DNA of 64,000 bases from the IMG/VR virus record IMGVR_UViG_3300013382_000005, one strand, 5' to 3'. The position numbers and the translations under genes are program-made. Shown piece after piece: positions 59,783 through 64,000 of the stretch (the first letter of the stretch is position 1; each line of letters begins with the position of its first letter). Source of the stretch: an uncultured virus (IMG/VR IMGVR_UViG_3300013382_000005) (Duplodnaviria > Heunggongvirae > Uroviricota > Caudoviricetes). Below the pieces are notes generated by a model. It had not been told where the DNA came from and made no database searches. It was given only the letters and a program-made list of their open reading frames with translations.

Positions 59783-60363
59783 TATTTTACCTCGAATTTA
59801 GGATCCTGTGGGATAACCTTAAAACCATCAAGAATATATGTACCATTATTTCCTGCTGGAATACTTACAGATCCATCATCGTTAATTGTCATTGCTTCTT
59901 TAATCTTAGTTTTACTTGGTACACGATCCATATACTGAAACAGACAATTATCATCAAGAAACTTATTAATTGCATCTGCATCGTATTCTTCTTTGTTTTT
60001 CATCTTACGCATACAAAGAGATCCTTGAGATAATTTTATTGTCGCACCATTTTTATTATTCTCAAGCCAGAAGTCTCTTAACATATCAGTATACTTATTC
60101 ATAATAAACTGATATTCATTGATAGCATTTGTGCGCCATTTATTTATTCTTTCTGTTTGCTTCTTAATTTCATTATCAGCCGTATCGTTAACTTCAGATA
60201 TATTAAGAGCTAATTCTTTTACTCTTCTGATATAATAATTTGCTTCTTCTTTTGAAGAGATTTTATTGTCTTCAGATGGAATATCTAATTCTTTCTTTTC
60301 TTCCTGATTAAGAAAATCTGCAAGAGAATTTTCAAATGTTTGACCAGTTTGAAGCTTACACAT
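59782..60363 (-). CDS. Mu Gam-like DNA end-binding / nuclease inhibitor
   Basis: ANYYIRRVKEL coiled coil, ERINKW, TIKLSQGSLCMRK, C-terminal KFEVK. Confidence 0.6.
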   Translation of the reverse strand: MCKLQTGQTFENSLADFLNQEEKKELDIPSEDNKISSKEEANYYIRRVKELALNISEVNDTADNEIKKQTERINKWRTNAINEYQFIMNKYTDMLRDFWLENNKNGATIKLSQGSLCMRKMKNKEEYDADAINKFLDDNCLFQYMDRVPSKTKIKEAMTINDDGSVSIPAGNNGTYILDGFKVIPQDPKFEVK

Positions 60364-60387
60364 AAATTTTCCTCTCTTTGATTTTTT

Positions 60388-60984
60388 TTACTTTACATGA
60401 TTAAATATCCATTTACCAAAACCGCCAACATGGAGCCAGCCATTTTGATATCTTTCACTATGTTCACTAGCGTATTGCAAGTAGTTGTCTTTTGTAATTC
60501 CTTCTTCTTTTAATACGGAATTGTCAAACATTTCATCAGTAAGCTTATATTCATCATCTTCTTCTAATAGCAAATCACACACTTTTGCACAATCATCAGC
60601 TTCGACAACGCCATATTTAATGTAAACATATTCTTCAAAACAAGCTAAATATTCACTAGCGTATGCTTCGATTTCAAGATGAAGACGTTCGCTAAGATTA
60701 TCTATATTATTATCTTTTGATCTGTCCCTCATTGAACAATAGATTGAATATAAGCAGCTGCCTGAACAATAACACGTACAAATTCCAGAGTCATCTTCAA
60801 TTAGGCTATCTTCATAGCAAGACATAACACCAGGTACTCCATTATGCTCATATTCATCTTTCCATTGCATTATTTTTATAAATTTCTCAACTGACTCTTT
60901 TGTTCCTCTAACATGTAAAACGTAAGAAGCTTTATTAGCCATATATTTTATTTTTCTCCTTAAATTATTTGCTAGTGTTTGCAA
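60388..60984 (-). CDS. Hypothetical protein (likely start 60942, MANKAS)
   Basis: RBS AGGAG precedes ATG 60942. Confidence 0.55.
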   Translation of the reverse strand: MQTLANNLRRKIKYMANKASYVLHVRGTKESVEKFIKIMQWKDEYEHNGVPGVMSCYEDSLIEDDSGICTCYCSGSCLYSIYCSMRDRSKDNNIDNLSERLHLEIEAYASEYLACFEEYVYIKYGVVEADDCAKVCDLLLEEDDEYKLTDEMFDNSVLKEEGITKDNYLQYASEHSERYQNGWLHVGGFGKWIFNHVK

Positions 60985-62761
60985 ATATTTTTATCAAATC
61001 ACTATCGTAAGCTTCTTTTTTGTTTACGATAGCTTGCTGAATTTCATCGTAACTATCTTTAGCAATAAGCTGATATACAAATACATTCTTATGAGTTGAA
61101 TCTGCACGTTCTATTCTACCATGTCTTTGTGTCTGAGTAGCATAAGATTCTGCAAGATCAAATTCAATTATATACTGAGCAGTAGAAGCATTTGTGCCAG
61201 TTGAACCAGCATCAGACATCAATAATATATTATAAGTCGGATCATCTCTGAACTTAGTATATATATTATCGTATCTGTCTTTATCTGACATCGAGCCATC
61301 AACTTTAGCAATCTTTATATTAGGACCGAATTTCTTAATTATATCCTGTTCTAATAATTCAAGCATTCTTACGTATCTTGAAATTATAATCACTTTTTCT
61401 CCTGATTCAAGAATCTGTAATACAAGATCAAGAGCCAATTCGGTCTTAGGACTCTGATTATGATGTAAAGAATACTTCATTGCATATTTACTATCCGAAG
61501 CTAGCAATAATCTTGGATCATCAGATAATTCCTGTGCAAATGTTTGAAGCATCATTATTTGAGCTTTTATGCTCATATATTCAGGATTATTTTCAAGACT
61601 TTCGTGATTAGTCGTATTCTTAGATAAATTATATTCTTTGTCTTTTGCTTCTTTTAGTTCATCCAGAATTTGATGAATCATAGCATTTTGTTCTTCAGTA
61701 AGCTCACAATATTGTTGTATAACAGTAAGCGATGGCAATTGTTTTGATATCTCTTCTTTTGTTACAACAACTATATTATTCTTATATCTATTAGCAAGGG
61801 TCATGGCATTTTTAACGCCAATAACCCGCCCATAACCTGCATACTTTATATAGTTCTTTGCAAATTGGCTATAAGAAGGAAAAAGTTCTGGCGCAACAAA
61901 ACTATATAATCCAAATATATTCTCAGGGTTGTTACTTATAGCAGTTGCCGTAGCGCCAATTTTATACTTAATATAATTAAATTCATAAGCCGCCTGAGAC
62001 AACTGAGCTTTTCTATTGCTAATCTTATGTACTTCATCTGCAAATATATATTCTATATTTAATGTCTTAAGTTTTTGTGATATTGCCTCGTCTTTTAAAG
62101 CTTCATAATTTAAAATCAATAAATCATATCCATCGAATTGTTGGTTGAATGCATCTTTTGCACTCAACTCATATTCTTTTATTTTCGATTTATATTGTTT
62201 AATTAAAGCTTTATTTTTTGAAATATTTAGCTTCTTGATATCAGATTGTATTTTCTTTATCTTACTTCTATATCCAGATGTAATTTCCGCATTAGATTTT
62301 ATTATGTTAGCCTTAGCTTCAGAGAATTTAGATACTTCATTCAACCATTGTAGTTTCAATGTAGCTTTAACAAGAATGATTCCTATGCTATTAGGATTAA
62401 TAAGCCTATTTTTTTTAAGTTCAAGATAAGCTCCTATGCCTATAATTGTTTTACCGGAACCACATGGAGAAACTAATAATAACTCTTTATGTATTAAAAT
62501 ATCATATATAAGTTTCTTTTGATATTCATAAGGATGAAGTTTTAATTCAGATCCAATAGTATTATAATCTACTTGCAATTCAAACAAGTCTTTTATGTAC
62601 TTATATGAATCGAGCGGACATTCCCATGCACCTTTAGAACCACTCCAGTATTTATTATTTATAACAGATAATTTTTGAGCATATTCTAAATACTCTTCTT
62701 TTGTTTGACCGGCAAAATATATATAACAGTAATTATTCGATTGTATAATTTGTGCCAGCAT
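60965..62761 (-). CDS. SNF2-family helicase
   Basis: SPCGSGKT, NYE, ADEVH, ATAT, SPK, STGTN, QRHGRIER. Confidence 0.88.
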   Translation of the reverse strand: MLAQIIQSNNYCYIYFAGQTKEEYLEYAQKLSVINNKYWSGSKGAWECPLDSYKYIKDLFELQVDYNTIGSELKLHPYEYQKKLIYDILIHKELLLVSPCGSGKTIIGIGAYLELKKNRLINPNSIGIILVKATLKLQWLNEVSKFSEAKANIIKSNAEITSGYRSKIKKIQSDIKKLNISKNKALIKQYKSKIKEYELSAKDAFNQQFDGYDLLILNYEALKDEAISQKLKTLNIEYIFADEVHKISNRKAQLSQAAYEFNYIKYKIGATATAISNNPENIFGLYSFVAPELFPSYSQFAKNYIKYAGYGRVIGVKNAMTLANRYKNNIVVVTKEEISKQLPSLTVIQQYCELTEEQNAMIHQILDELKEAKDKEYNLSKNTTNHESLENNPEYMSIKAQIMMLQTFAQELSDDPRLLLASDSKYAMKYSLHHNQSPKTELALDLVLQILESGEKVIIISRYVRMLELLEQDIIKKFGPNIKIAKVDGSMSDKDRYDNIYTKFRDDPTYNILLMSDAGSTGTNASTAQYIIEFDLAESYATQTQRHGRIERADSTHKNVFVYQLIAKDSYDEIQQAIVNKKEAYDSDLIKIFANTSK

Positions 62762-62767
62762 AACCTT

Positions 62768-64000
62768 TTACTTTTTATTTGACATATTGATAAGATATTG
62801 AGAATCAATCTCATCAATAAATCTGCTCCTTCTTGATGGTTCTTTACATTGTGCCGTGAATATCGGCCTGGATAAAAATAAATACTTTTTGGCTCTTGTC
62901 ATTGCTACATAAAATAATCTGCGTTCTTCTTCTGGATCAGACCTTCCTGGTATAACAAAATCAGTAAGTCCGATCATTATAACGGCAGGCCACTCAAGTC
63001 CCTTACATCCATGCATAGTTGTAAGAGTTACTTTATTGGTTTCTTCTTCATCTGTATCTATATCTAAAGAAGTTATATTAATAAAATCTCTGATATCTAT
63101 ATAAGCTCCTGCTATAGATACTAACTGTAATACATTAGTAAATCTATCTGCGTAAGACTCTGGATCTTCTTTTTGAAGTACAGCTGCATATCCGATATCG
63201 CTTATAATTTTGCGAATAAATTCAGCAGGAGTAAAACTATCTATATCTTGTGTCATCTTTTCAATAAAAGAAGCGAATTCAGATATTTTTTCACTCATCT
63301 TCTTACTGAATAGTTTTTCAGCGCACATATTTTTAAGGCATACTAACATATCAGAACCTATATGCTCATTTACATAAGATTCTACTTTAGCAATTGTAGA
63401 TGGTCCTATTCCTCTTTGTGGAATATTTATGACCCTATTAAAAGCCTCATCATCATAATGATTTATTATGAACTTTGCATATGCTATAATATCTTTAATT
63501 TCCTTGCGCTCAAAAAATGCTATACCATTCTTAATAGAATAAGATATATTATTCTGAATAAGTGCAGTCTCAATTGGCTTACTTTGAGAATTATTTCTAT
63601 ATAAAATTGCAATATCTTTATATTCAAGATGTTGTTTTGTAGTCAAATATTTAATTATATTAACTACATTTTTACCTTCTTGCTCAGGAGAATATTTTTC
63701 GCAATAATATATTTTCTCTCCAACTTCATTTTCAGTAAACAGATTTTTATTACATCTATTACAATTATTATCTATAACAGAAAGCGCACCATTTACTATA
63801 TTCTGAGTACTTCTATAATTCCTATTAAGATGTAGTATCTGCATATCTTTTATAACTTCAGGGATATGAAGTATAGAATCAAGATCTGCGCCACGGAACT
63901 TATATATAGACTGATCATCGTCCAAAAACATACAAAGATTATTATGTTTTGCACTTAATAACTGAAGCAATCTTATATTACTTACACTTGCATCTTGAGA
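62768..64000 (-). CDS. UvrD/PcrA-like helicase, 5' end beyond the window
   Basis: SQD...DDDQSIYKFRGA, NYRST, AILYR, TMHGCKGLEW, EERRLFYVAMTRAK; frame open to the edge. Confidence 0.92.
   Translation of the reverse strand, partial: SQDASVSNIRLLQLLSAKHNNLCMFLDDDQSIYKFRGADLDSILHIPEVIKDMQILHLNRNYRSTQNIVNGALSVIDNNCNRCNKNLFTENEVGEKIYYCEKYSPEQEGKNVVNIIKYLTTKQHLEYKDIAILYRNNSQSKPIETALIQNNISYSIKNGIAFFERKEIKDIIAYAKFIINHYDDEAFNRVINIPQRGIGPSTIAKVESYVNEHIGSDMLVCLKNMCAEKLFSKKMSEKISEFASFIEKMTQDIDSFTPAEFIRKIISDIGYAAVLQKEDPESYADRFTNVLQLVSIAGAYIDIRDFINITSLDIDTDEEETNKVTLTTMHGCKGLEWPAVIMIGLTDFVIPGRSDPEEERRLFYVAMTRAKKYLFLSRPIFTAQCKEPSRRSRFIDEIDSQYLINMSNKK

Noticed and set aside
1..64000. Stop-codon reassignment
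   Set aside because: Long genes are intact under the standard code and most end in TAA. The two in-frame TAA cases look like isolated nonsense changes, and no suppressor tRNA is present.

Overview
This AT-rich window is part of a large tailed phage genome. The host is probably a Firmicute (Clostridia-like), inferred from sigmaA-type promoters, Shine-Dalgarno usage and gene families. The left edge carries a truncated large serine recombinase with an attP-like inverted repeat over its promoter. Positions 1306-35251 (+) form a late virion block of tail fibres, receptor-binding tips, a holin-like gene, baseplate-like proteins and a metallophosphoesterase, ending at a bidirectional terminator. Positions 35284-64000 (-) form an early/replication block: sigma factor, DUF1064 nuclease, DUF2829/Tad2-like protein, tRNA-Leu, TnpB, DnaB, AEP primase, intron-split DnaE, RecJ, M23+GH24 lysin, two SNF2-like helicases, a methyltransferase-fold protein, PC4-like and Gam-like proteins, and UvrD. 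Five observations stand out. (1) A transposase-less TnpB whose omega-RNA is followed by a mini CRISPR-like array of repeats and short spacers, with a predicted anti-repeat and pseudoknot pairing. (2) Five paralogous tail-tip genes, four with a poly-G tract at the same place that puts them in frame at G9, suggesting phase variation. (3) A 400-nt group I intron inside the DnaE catalytic motif. (4) A ~57% GC in-frame patch in an AT-rich tail gene. (5) A shared late-promoter motif and probable ATT/ATA start codons. All calls come from reading the sequence by eye; no database searches were run. Three N-gaps (23430-23439, 47090-47099, 52018-52033) interrupt genes.
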